This document shows positions 1-9,992 of a DNA stretch of 64,000 nucleotides, one piece after another; the stretch's first letter is position 1; each line of letters begins with the position of its first letter. The position numbers and the translations under genes were made by a program. The notes below the pieces were generated by a model, which worked only from the letters and a program-made list of their open reading frames with translations, did not search any database and was not told the DNA's origin. The DNA is from Candidatus Latescibacterota bacterium (GTDB lineage: Bacteria; Latescibacterota; UBA2968): NCBI GenBank assembly GCA_965204375.1, contig OZ241986.1, positions 3,552,001 through 3,616,000 of the forward strand, in the 5' to 3' direction.

Positions 1-199
1 ATCCCCTGAGCAACCTGAGAAGTTGGTCGAGCAAAATGCGCTTACTCGCATCGGTACTGCTCTTGAGATTTTTGGGAATATGGCCGATTCCTCTGTATGC
101 ATGAACCTTAAACGAATGCTCGGGTCCAATAATCTTTGGAATCAAAATATCGAGTGCCTTTTTGCCAGACTGATCTTCGACGAGCACTTCAAAATGCAT
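1..199 (-). CDS. DUF4276-like (TOPRIM-like) protein, N-terminal part; runs off the window edge
   Basis: Manual translation from ATG at 199: MHFEVLVEDQSGKKALDILIPKII...HAYRGIGHIPKNL...LLDQL. It starts just after the AAA ATPase stop, which is the usual partner arrangement. Not in the ORF track. Confidence 0.7.
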   Translation of the reverse strand, partial: MHFEVLVEDQSGKKALDILIPKIIGPEHSFKVHAYRGIGHIPKNLKSSTDASKRILLDQLLRLLRG

Positions 200-203
200 C
201 CAA

Positions 204-1430
204 TCACCTCTCGTCGAAATAATCGCTGTACCAGAGGCCTCCTAATGGCAATCCCTCTGCAACCATGTTATTCACGACGGGATCATCACTTGCTCGGCGA
301 ATCGTCGAAAAACCATCGTCACCTTTTTCCAGAATCCAGACCTCATCCGGCTCCAAGGCATTGACAAAGTATGGTTGGTGCGTGGTAATAAAAACCTGCG
401 AACCGCCTGGAGTATCGGCGTGTTCGCGAAATTCATTAGCCAGAGTCTCCAGGAGTTTGTGATACAGGCCATTCTCCGGTTCTTCAATGCAGAGAAATGG
501 TGGTGGACTCGGATCTTCGAGCAGCAACAGATAGGCAAACACCTTGAGCGTTCCATCGGACACTTGCTGCGCGTAAAAGGGATCTTGAAAGCCCTTGTCA
601 TTGAACCTGAGCAGCAACCGACCATCACTGGTTCTTTCTGTATCAATCCTGTCTATGCCCGGAATTTTTCCAGCGATATTTTCTAATATAGCCTGAAAAC
701 GCTCTGGATGTTCACGCTCCATAAATTGCACGACATTACCGAGATTATCGCCATGGATATTGAGACGGTTCTGCGGACCCGCCATAGGCAAACTGCGGGC
801 TGCATCTGGGGTGAAATAACTCAGATACCATCCCTCAATGAAGCGACGAAAAGCGGAGATTCGCGGATGTTGTTTCAAAGCACCGAGCGTGGCAATACCC
901 AGCTTCCGATGGTCTTCTAATTCAACAAACTCAGCATCTTTGGGTTGTTTCCCTTCTTTTTTAAACTCGGAAAAATCGAAACCTTCTGCTGTTTTATTTT
1001 CCTTCCAAACAAAGCCCCAACCTTCTCTGAGTACAAGAAAAGATTTGTTCCTATGTATCATACCTTCTTCCAACACATAGGGACGCCCATTCTCGTCTTG
1101 CTCAATGGCGATCTTATAGCCAATAAGCCGGGCATTTTCATGTTCCCTGTAAAACACCTCGAACTCAATAGGGTCTGTTTGTCCATAAGTCCTCAGTTTC
1201 TCGAAGCCACCGCGTCCTCGTGCATCGCAGGCCTCCTCAACGCCGAACTTGAGCGCATCCGAAAGGAATCCAAACGCATCAAATAGGGCACTTTTTCCCA
1301 CGCCATTTTTGCCGATCACTGCTGTCATAGGGGTAAGCAGTTGGGCATCCTGTTGATTCCATAAGGGACCCAGCGTAATATCCTTGAGTACCTTGAAATT
1401 TTTTATTCTAAAGATTTCTATCCTGGCCAT
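204..1430 (-). CDS. AAA_21/ABC-type ATPase (SMC/AbiEii-like)
   Basis: Walker A GKNGVGKS, signature SDGT, Walker B IEEPENGLY, H-loop ITTH. Confidence 0.85.
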   Translation of the reverse strand: MARIEIFRIKNFKVLKDITLGPLWNQQDAQLLTPMTAVIGKNGVGKSALFDAFGFLSDALKFGVEEACDARGRGGFEKLRTYGQTDPIEFEVFYREHENARLIGYKIAIEQDENGRPYVLEEGMIHRNKSFLVLREGWGFVWKENKTAEGFDFSEFKKEGKQPKDAEFVELEDHRKLGIATLGALKQHPRISAFRRFIEGWYLSYFTPDAARSLPMAGPQNRLNIHGDNLGNVVQFMEREHPERFQAILENIAGKIPGIDRIDTERTSDGRLLLRFNDKGFQDPFYAQQVSDGTLKVFAYLLLLEDPSPPPFLCIEEPENGLYHKLLETLANEFREHADTPGGSQVFITTHQPYFVNALEPDEVWILEKGDDGFSTIRRASDDPVVNNMVAEGLPLGGLWYSDYFDER

Positions 1431-1810
1431 TTTACAGTCCTCTTTGGCGTTGTCTTCTTCAAATTTCTATTTTAATAATCGCCGACTCCTTAAAGCTACG
1501 TAACATCAATGATCTAAGCAAAAAAACTCGTAAATGCAAGTTTTAAGGGTCATCTTCAGGCAAAATCGGTCTTGATAAAATTCGGTTCTCAATATATTCT
1601 GATTGTATCTATTACTTAACCAAAGGACCTCGCCATGCCCAGCATCCCCTGGCGGCCCAGAGTTATCCTGTCCGACCAAAGCTTCCGCGGTGTCCTCTTT
1701 GAACCCCTGTGCAGGGGATAGTGGACAATCTGCTACTGTTTTTTATATTGAAAGGCGGTAAGACATAAGAGCCTGCGTTTAACGCCTCGCCTTAAAAGAA
1801 AGGACTCGCA

Positions 1811-2548
1811 ATGGCCGTTGAAACACTTCCACTAACAGCAAATCAGATTGACCAATACCATCGAGACGGTTTTATACTGGCCTCGGGATTAATCCCCGAG
1901 GCTATTGCACGCACGGGCGAAGCCGCAATGTGGGAAGTCATGGACATGGACCCTGACGCCCCGGAAACCTGGGACAACTTTTCGGACGAAGCGAAAGCAT
2001 CCACAGTGCAGGCCGGATTCAAACCCAGATCAAAATTATTCCAATACTTCGGCAACCAACACCCCGACCTCCTCGCCTGTTACACACCCGAAATGATGGC
2101 AGCAATGGCGCAATTGACCGGCGAAAGTATAGATCTCTTTCATCCACCAGACGGCACACTCATACAAAACGTTTTTCCCTCAGATGAAAAATGGGCGTGG
2201 CAAGGGGCGCATTTTGACGGTGGCGTAAAAGCCAAAATGCACAAAACACTCCCCGGCCCATTTATCATCAACTCCATCATCTATCTCAACGACATCGAAA
2301 AACACGGCGGGGGAACAGTCGCGTGGCCCGGATCCCACAAACCCATTCGCGTACTGGCAGAATCCGACCCCGAAAAATACGAATACATGTGGCGGCTATC
2401 ACAAGACCTGCACACCGTCGATATCGGCGACCCCGTAGAACTGGAACCAAAATGCGGTGACATACTGTTCTTCGCTCACTTCTGCGTCCACGCCGCCACC
2501 AATAACGTACGCGACATGCCCCGCCTGGCACTGCGAAGTCGGTGGTAA
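1811..2548 (+). CDS. PhyH-family Fe(II)/2OG dioxygenase
   Basis: LTANQIDQYHRDGF N-terminus, HFD motif, GGGTVAWPGSH, GDILFF..HAA..N...R; RBS AAGGA. Confidence 0.8.
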   Translation: MAVETLPLTANQIDQYHRDGFILASGLIPEAIARTGEAAMWEVMDMDPDAPETWDNFSDEAKASTVQAGFKPRSKLFQYFGNQHPDLLACYTPEMMAAMAQLTGESIDLFHPPDGTLIQNVFPSDEKWAWQGAHFDGGVKAKMHKTLPGPFIINSIIYLNDIEKHGGGTVAWPGSHKPIRVLAESDPEKYEYMWRLSQDLHTVDIGDPVELEPKCGDILFFAHFCVHAATNNVRDMPRLALRSRW

Positions 2549-2555
2549 AAGGCAG

Positions 2556-2670
2556 GTAAGAAGTGAGAAGTAAGAAGTGAGAAAGCCCCGCTCCACCACC
2601 CAAAAGCTGGTGCCTTATCCCACTTCAACCTTCGACCTTCCCACTTCAACCTTCAACCTTCACACTTCTT
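2556..2670. repeat. Short heptamer repeat tracts (GTAAGAA/GTGAGAA, then CTTCAAC/CTTCGAC/CACTTC)
   Basis: gtaagaagtgagaagtaagaagtgagaa followed by cccacttcaaccttcgaccttcccacttcaaccttcaaccttcacacttctt; the two tracts are partly complementary. Confidence 0.55.
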
Positions 2671-4638
2671 ATGGCTCTTTCTTCTGCTCAGGAGGCGATA
2701 TATCCAGCGACTAAACCGAAGCTGATATCGTGGAAAGTCGTGGTCGCGGGCCTGCTGTTAATCGTCGCATCGGACTACTACATCAACTGGTCCACCGTAA
2801 TCTTGCGGGCGTCGAAGAACAACAAAGCTCTATTCCCGATGGGCCTGTTTTTCCCTTTTGTAGTACTCGTAGGGACCAACCTGCTACTCAGATGGGTAAA
2901 ACCGCAATGGGCACTGAACCGGGGACAACTGTGCGTAGCCCTGGGCATGGGACTGATCGGCTCGCTATTCCCATTCTATGGCCTGGCATCCTACGTCGTC
3001 GGCACCATTGCCGCGCCCTATTATTTCGCCACCCCGGAAAACGGCTGGGCAGAACTGCTACACCCCAACATGGTCTCCTGGCTGGTCATGAACAACGAAG
3101 ACAAAGCCGTGACCCATTTCTACGATGGCCTGCCTCCGGGTCAGCCCATACCCTGGAGAGCCTGGGCTGTACCTGTATTCTGGTGGATGACCTTTGTGGC
3201 CGCAGCGGCCTGCGTGGCCCTCTGCCTCATGGTAATACTGCGAAAACAGTGGGTGGAAAACGAACGCCTGGAATTCCCGCTCATGGAAGTGGGCATGCAG
3301 GTCGCTCAGGTAGATAAGCGCAATGGCGGACTCTCCTTGCTCAACCAACCGCTCTTTCGCGTGGGTTTCTGGATCGGGATATTTGCAGTATTCTGGAACA
3401 TCATCTCGTACTTTTATCCCTTAATACCGGGGCTACCAACCACGCACACCGAAGGCCAGTGGTTCCGCTGGCTGGAAGGCGCCAAACCCTTCTGGGTACA
3501 AATCAGCATTTACGTCATAGGCTTTGCCTACTTTGCGCGAGTCGAAACCCTGTTCAGCTTCTGGCTATTCTTTCTCTTCACAGAAATCGAAGTCGCAACC
3601 TTTGATCGCCTGGGAATCGCGGCAGGACACGGAGGCGGCGAAGCCGTGCGGTCGCAAAATTTTGGAGTACTATGCGCCTATGTCATGTTCGGACTGTGGA
3701 TGGCGCGGGGACATCTAAAAGCCGTATTTCGGAAAGTCTTCAAAAATGCCTCCGACGTAGATGACTCTCGAGAAGCAATGTCCTACCGCGCGGCACTAAT
3801 CGCCCTCATAGCCTCCCTGCTGTACATGGTAGCGTGGCTACACGCCGCCGGAATGGAAATCCGGGTCGTCGTCCTGTACCTGTTTTTCACCGCAGTAGCC
3901 TACATTGGAATGGCCCGATTCGCCGCAGAACTGGGCCTGCCTTATGGAGATATTGCCTACCACTCAATAACCTGGACACCCCTCCACATCATGGGCGGGC
4001 AAACAGTAACAGCATCCACACTAACCTGCCAGGGCTATCTATGGGCCATGTTCGGAAAAACCCGGGGATTTCTGGGACCGCCAATCGCGCAAATGCTGAA
4101 ACTGACCACACCGCTACGCGTCGAAAGGGGGCGTTTATTCGGCGTAATCGTACTCGCCGTAGTAGCAGGCGCGACATTTGCCATACTCCACGCCATATAC
4201 ATGGGCTATTCCGGCGGCGGCTTCAACCTCAGAGCCGCGTGGAACCTGTTAATCGGACCACAGCGCTCCTACGATGCCTCAGTAACCTGGATCCGCAACC
4301 CGGAAGCACCCGACGTAGAGCGCATGTTATTCATGGGATCCGGCGTATTGATCACAGCCGTACTCACCTATCTGAAATACCGCTTCGTACACCTGCCCCT
4401 CCACCCCGTAGCCCTGATGCTACAGGGCACCTATATGGCGCAAAAAACCGTATTTTCGGTATTTCTCATCTGGATCTACAAAGCGACCATACTAAAAATA
4501 GGTGGCGTGCGCCTCTACAGAACAGGACAACCATTCTTCATCGGTCTGCTAATCGGATATGCCATAGCGACATTCTTATCCTGCGTAATAGACAGCATCT
4601 TCTTCTTTGGACAGGGACACCTGGTACACGGATTTTAG
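2671..4638 (+). CDS. Multi-pass membrane protein, DUF6784/DUF6785-like putative transporter
   Basis: Many hydrophobic helices; motifs YYFATPENGW, LRKQWVENERLEFPL, PLHP, GGVRLY..PFFIGL. Confidence 0.7.
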   Translation: MALSSAQEAIYPATKPKLISWKVVVAGLLLIVASDYYINWSTVILRASKNNKALFPMGLFFPFVVLVGTNLLLRWVKPQWALNRGQLCVALGMGLIGSLFPFYGLASYVVGTIAAPYYFATPENGWAELLHPNMVSWLVMNNEDKAVTHFYDGLPPGQPIPWRAWAVPVFWWMTFVAAAACVALCLMVILRKQWVENERLEFPLMEVGMQVAQVDKRNGGLSLLNQPLFRVGFWIGIFAVFWNIISYFYPLIPGLPTTHTEGQWFRWLEGAKPFWVQISIYVIGFAYFARVETLFSFWLFFLFTEIEVATFDRLGIAAGHGGGEAVRSQNFGVLCAYVMFGLWMARGHLKAVFRKVFKNASDVDDSREAMSYRAALIALIASLLYMVAWLHAAGMEIRVVVLYLFFTAVAYIGMARFAAELGLPYGDIAYHSITWTPLHIMGGQTVTASTLTCQGYLWAMFGKTRGFLGPPIAQMLKLTTPLRVERGRLFGVIVLAVVAGATFAILHAIYMGYSGGGFNLRAAWNLLIGPQRSYDASVTWIRNPEAPDVERMLFMGSGVLITAVLTYLKYRFVHLPLHPVALMLQGTYMAQKTVFSVFLIWIYKATILKIGGVRLYRTGQPFFIGLLIGYAIATFLSCVIDSIFFFGQGHLVHGF

Positions 4639-4650
4639 AGGAGAAATTTA

Positions 4651-5595
4651 ATGGCAGTTGACACCAGAACACATGGCTTAACCGCGGAAGAACGCGAGAC
4701 TTACGCAAAAGACGGATTCTTCATCCGACCAAAAGCCTTCGACACTTGCGAAATTGACGCACTGCGCGACAGAATCGAAGACCTCGTAGAACTCATCGAG
4801 ACCTCCAAAGTATTGCCAGAGCAACAAAAACAAGCAATTCTAAAACGCAACATCGGAATCGAAGCGACTTCTGGACCCGCATCGTTAAACAGCATAACGC
4901 GACTTCACAGATTCAGCGCACTGGTGCGATCCCACATCCGCGACCCAAGGAGACTGGAAGCGGTCACACAGATCGTAGGATCGGATCTGTTCTGTCCCAA
5001 CGACCTGTACTTTTTCAAACCCCCGGGCACCGGGCGGCCCATCGCGTGGCACCAGGACTCCTGGTACTTCCGAAACACGTATATCAGCAGCATAGGTGAC
5101 GCCATAGAACAAGCCTCAATTGGAACCTATCTGGCACTGGATGACGCAGATGAAGAAAACGGATGCTTGTGGGTAATCCCCGGCAGCCACCGCCTGGGCG
5201 TAGTAGATCACAGCCAGGTCGAAAGCGACGAGTACTTATTGCAAAAGAGATTGACCGTATCCGACGAAATGGAAAAACAGGCACTACCAGTAGAAGTGCC
5301 AAAAGGTGCGCTCGTATTTTTCAACAACGCCCTGTTTCACCGCAGCACCCCCAACAGATCGGATCGGTTTCGGCGGGCCTATATCGTACACTATATGAAA
5401 GCGACCATTCAGCATACCAATACCCGGAACATGCAGAGGATCGCCAAAGAAACGGAGCACTGGGGCACAAATGAGATGTACATCTGCGGAGTGCCCGGAA
5501 CCGTACAAACAACGCCCGAAAAAGAAAGCATGAACTGGGACAAGGCCCTGGGCCGAACATTGACAGAAGACGACATTCGGATTAAAAGGAAATAA
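4651..5595 (+). CDS. PhyH-family dioxygenase
   Basis: FFKPPG, WHQD, ENGCLWVIPGSH, HRS.PN.S.R.RRA. Confidence 0.9.
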   Translation: MAVDTRTHGLTAEERETYAKDGFFIRPKAFDTCEIDALRDRIEDLVELIETSKVLPEQQKQAILKRNIGIEATSGPASLNSITRLHRFSALVRSHIRDPRRLEAVTQIVGSDLFCPNDLYFFKPPGTGRPIAWHQDSWYFRNTYISSIGDAIEQASIGTYLALDDADEENGCLWVIPGSHRLGVVDHSQVESDEYLLQKRLTVSDEMEKQALPVEVPKGALVFFNNALFHRSTPNRSDRFRRAYIVHYMKATIQHTNTRNMQRIAKETEHWGTNEMYICGVPGTVQTTPEKESMNWDKALGRTLTEDDIRIKRK

Positions 5596-5596
5596 A

Positions 5597-7063
5597 ATGC
5601 CAGATAAACGCCCCAACATCCTCTACATCATGACCGACGACCATGGAACCGGCGCCCTGAGTTGCTACGGCAGCCAGATCAACCACACCCCCAACATGGA
5701 CCGCATTGCCCACGGAGGAATGCGTCTGGACAATTGTTACGTCACCTACTCCCTGTGCTCGCCCAGTCGCGCCTCCATCTTAACAGGAAAATACGCACAT
5801 CTCCATGGACAAACATCAATCGGTGGAAATATCTTCGACGGCACACAACAAACATTCCCCCGTCTATTACAGGACGCGGGATATCAAACAGCAATCATCG
5901 GGAAATGGCACCTCCACAGCATACCAACTGGCTCTGATCACTACAGCGTCATGTGGGGACAAGGCTCTTATTTTGATCCCAAATTTATCGAACCCGGCGA
6001 ACATGGTCCCGTATGGAAAGAAAGCCGGGGATATTCGACAGACCTGGTAACCGACAAATGCCTGGACTGGCTCAAAGAACGAAACACCGAACAACCCTTT
6101 ATGCTCTTATGCCATTTCAAATCCCCCCATTACAACTGGGAACCGGACGAAAAACACAAAACCATGTACCAGGATGAAACAATCCCCGAACCAGAGACAT
6201 TTGACCACAATTTTGGAGACAGCCCGGTACCTCCCGAAGCATTGCAAGTCAAGCTCGAAACCGTCCATGAACAATGGAATATCACCCATTGGGACGCTAT
6301 GCCCGAAGGATTATCCATGCAGCAGCAAAAACACAGAAACTACCAGTACTTCATCAAAGACTACCTCCGCTGTGTGGCATCGGTAGATGATAACATCGGG
6401 CGGCTCCTCGACTACCTCGACGAACAAAACCTCGTCGAAAGCACAGTTGTAGTATATACCTCAGACAACGGGATGTTCCAGGGCGAACACGGCTGGGTCG
6501 ATAAAAAAATGATGTACGAAGAAAGCCTACGAGTTCCCTTCTTAATCCGATACCCCAGAGAAATAGCAGCGGGAACCCACACAAATGACATGGTCATCAA
6601 CCTCGACTATGCACCGACCTTCTTAGAATACGCCGGGCAACCCATCCCCGCAGACATCCAGGGAAAAAGCCTGGTACCCCTCCTGCGAGAACAAACGCCA
6701 GAAGATTGGCGAACCGCCTTTTACTACCAGCACTTCGACATCCACCCCGACGGCGAACTGGCAAACTGCGGTGTACGCACCAAAAATTTCAAACTAATCT
6801 GGTACAACCACAACTACGACCACTACCAGCTCTTCGACACCCAAAAAGACCCCAGCGAAACCCGGGATGTATCCGAAGACTCCGAATACGCCTCAACAGT
6901 ATCCGAAATGAAAGCCTTGCTGCGGGCAGAACGCGAAAAAGCGGGCCTGACAGACGAAATAGAACAACAAATATTTAACAGCGATAACATACCTCAAACG
7001 CGCAAGCAGATGAACGCGTTATTGCAAACGATAGATGCCAACACCGCAAAGGAAAAACAATGA
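5597..7063 (+). CDS. Sulfatase (Cys-type, formylglycine-dependent)
   Basis: RPNILYIMTDD, CSPSRASILTG, GKWHL, SDNG, YEESLRVP. Confidence 0.93.
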   Translation: MPDKRPNILYIMTDDHGTGALSCYGSQINHTPNMDRIAHGGMRLDNCYVTYSLCSPSRASILTGKYAHLHGQTSIGGNIFDGTQQTFPRLLQDAGYQTAIIGKWHLHSIPTGSDHYSVMWGQGSYFDPKFIEPGEHGPVWKESRGYSTDLVTDKCLDWLKERNTEQPFMLLCHFKSPHYNWEPDEKHKTMYQDETIPEPETFDHNFGDSPVPPEALQVKLETVHEQWNITHWDAMPEGLSMQQQKHRNYQYFIKDYLRCVASVDDNIGRLLDYLDEQNLVESTVVVYTSDNGMFQGEHGWVDKKMMYEESLRVPFLIRYPREIAAGTHTNDMVINLDYAPTFLEYAGQPIPADIQGKSLVPLLREQTPEDWRTAFYYQHFDIHPDGELANCGVRTKNFKLIWYNHNYDHYQLFDTQKDPSETRDVSEDSEYASTVSEMKALLRAEREKAGLTDEIEQQIFNSDNIPQTRKQMNALLQTIDANTAKEKQ

Positions 7064-9048
7064 AAAATGCAAAACTCCGCTACAGACAGGTACACCTGGA
7101 CTTTCACACCTCTGAACACTGTCCGAATGTCGGGGGCAAATTTGACGAAGACCAGTTCATCGGCGCCCTGAAAAAAGGACATGTCAATTCCATAACCATC
7201 TTTGCACAATGTCATCACGGCTGGTGTTATTACCCCACAAACACGGATATGAGGCATCCCAACCTGCAAACCGACCTCGTCGGACGCATGCTCGCCGCAG
7301 CCAAAAAAGCCGACATCAACATGCCCGTCTATATCACCGTACAATGGCAGGAAAAAGCTGCCCGCGAACATCCCGAATGGCGCGTCAGGCGACCCGATGG
7401 GGGCTATGTGGGACGGCCAACCATGCATCCCCATACCCCTCTGCCACACGGCGGATGGTATCGCCTGTGTTGCAATACGCCCTATCTGGAAGCGAGTGTC
7501 TTGCCCGTATTGACAGAAGTAATGGACATGTACAACCCCTCTGGCATCTTCCTGGACATCACCGGGGAAGAAATTTGCACCTGTGATTGGTGTATCGCCA
7601 GCATGCACGAAAAAGGGCTTGACCCCAATAACGCTGGAGATCGAGTTATCCACTCACAAGAAGTGTACAAAGACTATCTAACCAAAACCACCGACATCAT
7701 CTGGAGCCGCAATCCCGACGCCACAATTTATCACAACGGAAGCGACAAAAAGGGTAGGCACGACCTCTACCCCTACTGGTCGCACCACGAAATCGAATCC
7801 CTGCCAACCGGCATGTGGGGATACAACCACTTCCCGACAAACGCGCGCTACTTCACAAACCTGCCCGACTGCAACGCAATCGCACAAACGGGCAAATTCC
7901 ATCGCATGTGGGGCGAATTTGGCGGCTTCAAAAATCCAGTCGCACTGGAATACGAAGTGGGACAAATCATCTCATTAAATTGCCGCTGTATGGTCGGCGA
8001 TCAACTCCATCCAGAAGGAGAGATGGACGAAGAAACCTATCGCATCATAGGCGAAGCGTACAAACGCGTTGAAGAACGCGAACCATGGCTGGAAGGTGCC
8101 GAACACGTGGTAGATGTAGCGATCCTCGCACCCTCGGGCGTACACAAAGACAGAGACCTGGAAGACAGCGAAGTCGGCGCCGGCCTCATGCTCATGGAAA
8201 ACCACATCCCGTTCTTAATGCTCGACGAAACAATGGATCTATCCCCCTACCAGTTGCTGATCTTACCAGACAGCGTGCGCGTGGACGACGCCCTAAAAGC
8301 GAAAATCGATGCCTTTCTGGCAAATGGCGGCAAGCTCCTGTCATCTGGCGAAAGCGGCCTGGACCCTGCGGGAAAAGATTTTGCGTATGACATCGGCGCC
8401 AAATATACTGGCCCCTCGCCCAATGACATAGAATATGTAGTCGTCGAAGACGCCATCGCCGCAAATTTGGTACGCACCCCATTCCTCGTCTATGAATCTG
8501 GCGTAACGACAAAAGTGACAGACGGCGAAATCCTCGCAGCCGCGTGGAAACCGTATTTTAACCGCACACACGGAAAATTTTGCTCCCACCGAAACACCCC
8601 TTATGAAGGCGACGCGGGTTGGCCCTCTGTCATACGCAAAGGCAACGTCATACACATCGCACAACCCATCTTCAGAGTCTATGACGACCAGGGAATGCAA
8701 TTGCACCGCGACCTGGTAAAAAACTGTATCGACCTGCTCTACGACGACCCCTTATTGCAGGTCGGCCTGCCATCGTGTGGCCGCGTAAATCTAACCCGCC
8801 AACCCCAGGAAGGAAATCGGCTAATCCTGCATCTCATGTACGCCAACCCCATCAAACGGGGCGACACAAATGTAATTGAAGACATTATTCCACTATACGA
8901 TATTCCGGTCTCATTAAAAGCGGACCGCGACATATCTCGCGTGTACCTCGCCCCCGAAAATGAGGACATTGAATTTGCAGTATCGAACGGGCGCGTGTCA
9001 TTTACCGTGCCCAAGGTCGAAATGAATCAGATTGTAGTGATTGAATAA
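7060..9048 (+). CDS. Putative glycoside hydrolase (GHL6/alpha-fucosidase-like N-terminus, beta-galactosidase trimerization domain)
   Basis: RQVHLDFHTSE, FAQCHHGWCYYPT, HEIESLP, KFH..WGEFGG, GDQLHP; start overlaps the sulfatase stop (ATGA). Confidence 0.75.
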   Translation: MKNAKLRYRQVHLDFHTSEHCPNVGGKFDEDQFIGALKKGHVNSITIFAQCHHGWCYYPTNTDMRHPNLQTDLVGRMLAAAKKADINMPVYITVQWQEKAAREHPEWRVRRPDGGYVGRPTMHPHTPLPHGGWYRLCCNTPYLEASVLPVLTEVMDMYNPSGIFLDITGEEICTCDWCIASMHEKGLDPNNAGDRVIHSQEVYKDYLTKTTDIIWSRNPDATIYHNGSDKKGRHDLYPYWSHHEIESLPTGMWGYNHFPTNARYFTNLPDCNAIAQTGKFHRMWGEFGGFKNPVALEYEVGQIISLNCRCMVGDQLHPEGEMDEETYRIIGEAYKRVEEREPWLEGAEHVVDVAILAPSGVHKDRDLEDSEVGAGLMLMENHIPFLMLDETMDLSPYQLLILPDSVRVDDALKAKIDAFLANGGKLLSSGESGLDPAGKDFAYDIGAKYTGPSPNDIEYVVVEDAIAANLVRTPFLVYESGVTTKVTDGEILAAAWKPYFNRTHGKFCSHRNTPYEGDAGWPSVIRKGNVIHIAQPIFRVYDDQGMQLHRDLVKNCIDLLYDDPLLQVGLPSCGRVNLTRQPQEGNRLILHLMYANPIKRGDTNVIEDIIPLYDIPVSLKADRDISRVYLAPENEDIEFAVSNGRVSFTVPKVEMNQIVVIE

Positions 9049-9063
9049 AGAAAGGAGTCTCTC

Positions 9064-9975
9064 ATGGCAGAAACAAAAAAAATCGTCCGATCGGAGCCCT
9101 TTGTAATCAACAAAAACATGGGCAGTCCGATGGCGATATCCACCCGAGATCTAACGCCCAAAAATGCGGATGGTCTCCCGGTAGTCTTGCCCACAGAAAA
9201 ACAAAAATACGACTTTGATCGCAATGGGTGGCTCTTGATCCCCGGCGTACTCTCAAAAGACGAATGCGACGAAATGCGGACCTTTGCCGAGCGACTGGCC
9301 AAAGACCCCGAAAGCATACCCGAACACGAACGCTGCCCACTTGGGGGACCATTGCAAAAATTAGCCGACCACCCCGTTATCGTCGGATTCATGAACGAAT
9401 TTGTAGCATATCCTCCTCTCGCCAACGACGAGCGATACGGATTCAGACTGGAAACATCCCACCTGTTTTACCGCGATGCTGAAACACCCGGAAAATTTAG
9501 CCCGCATAACGGCAATGGCCTGTTTCGCATGCCCTGGGACTCGCACTTTTACCGGTGCATCCCCGGCAAAGCCTGGAGCGGACTAACGCGCGTGGTATGG
9601 GAATTTAACCCCGTCAAAAAAGGCCAGGGCAGCACATTATTTGTAACCGGCAGCCACAAAGCCGCTTATCCAGCACCCGAAACCGTCCGCGCCCCCGAAT
9701 CAACCATGTGGGAAACCTACGGTTGTCCCCCCGGATCGCTGTTGTTCTTCACCGAAGCAATCACGCACAGCGCACATCCCTGGACCAATACCGAAAATAA
9801 TCGCCTCGCCGTATTCAACCTCTACAACATCGTCGCGAGCCGATGGCATTCGTGGTTGCCCCCCGAAAAACTCATCGAATCCATGCCCCCCCTCAGACAA
9901 ACGCTCTTCAGCGAACCGTACAACGAAAAAGTGGATACATTCTTCCCGCGCACAACGGCGTATATGGACGGATAA
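9064..9975 (+). CDS. PhyH-like Fe(II)/2OG enzyme with HxG in place of HxD
   Basis: EKQKYDFDRNGW, PHNG, TLFVTGSHK, PGSLLFFTEAITHS. Confidence 0.7.
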   Translation: MAETKKIVRSEPFVINKNMGSPMAISTRDLTPKNADGLPVVLPTEKQKYDFDRNGWLLIPGVLSKDECDEMRTFAERLAKDPESIPEHERCPLGGPLQKLADHPVIVGFMNEFVAYPPLANDERYGFRLETSHLFYRDAETPGKFSPHNGNGLFRMPWDSHFYRCIPGKAWSGLTRVVWEFNPVKKGQGSTLFVTGSHKAAYPAPETVRAPESTMWETYGCPPGSLLFFTEAITHSAHPWTNTENNRLAVFNLYNIVASRWHSWLPPEKLIESMPPLRQTLFSEPYNEKVDTFFPRTTAYMDG

Positions 9976-9992
9976 CTGAAAAGGAGACCAAC

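Noticed and set aside
1635-1721. 28-aa ORF MPSIPWRPRVILSDQSFRGVLFEPLCRG with an AAGGA RBS
   Set aside because: Too short and no recognisable motif; it may be a gene remnant.
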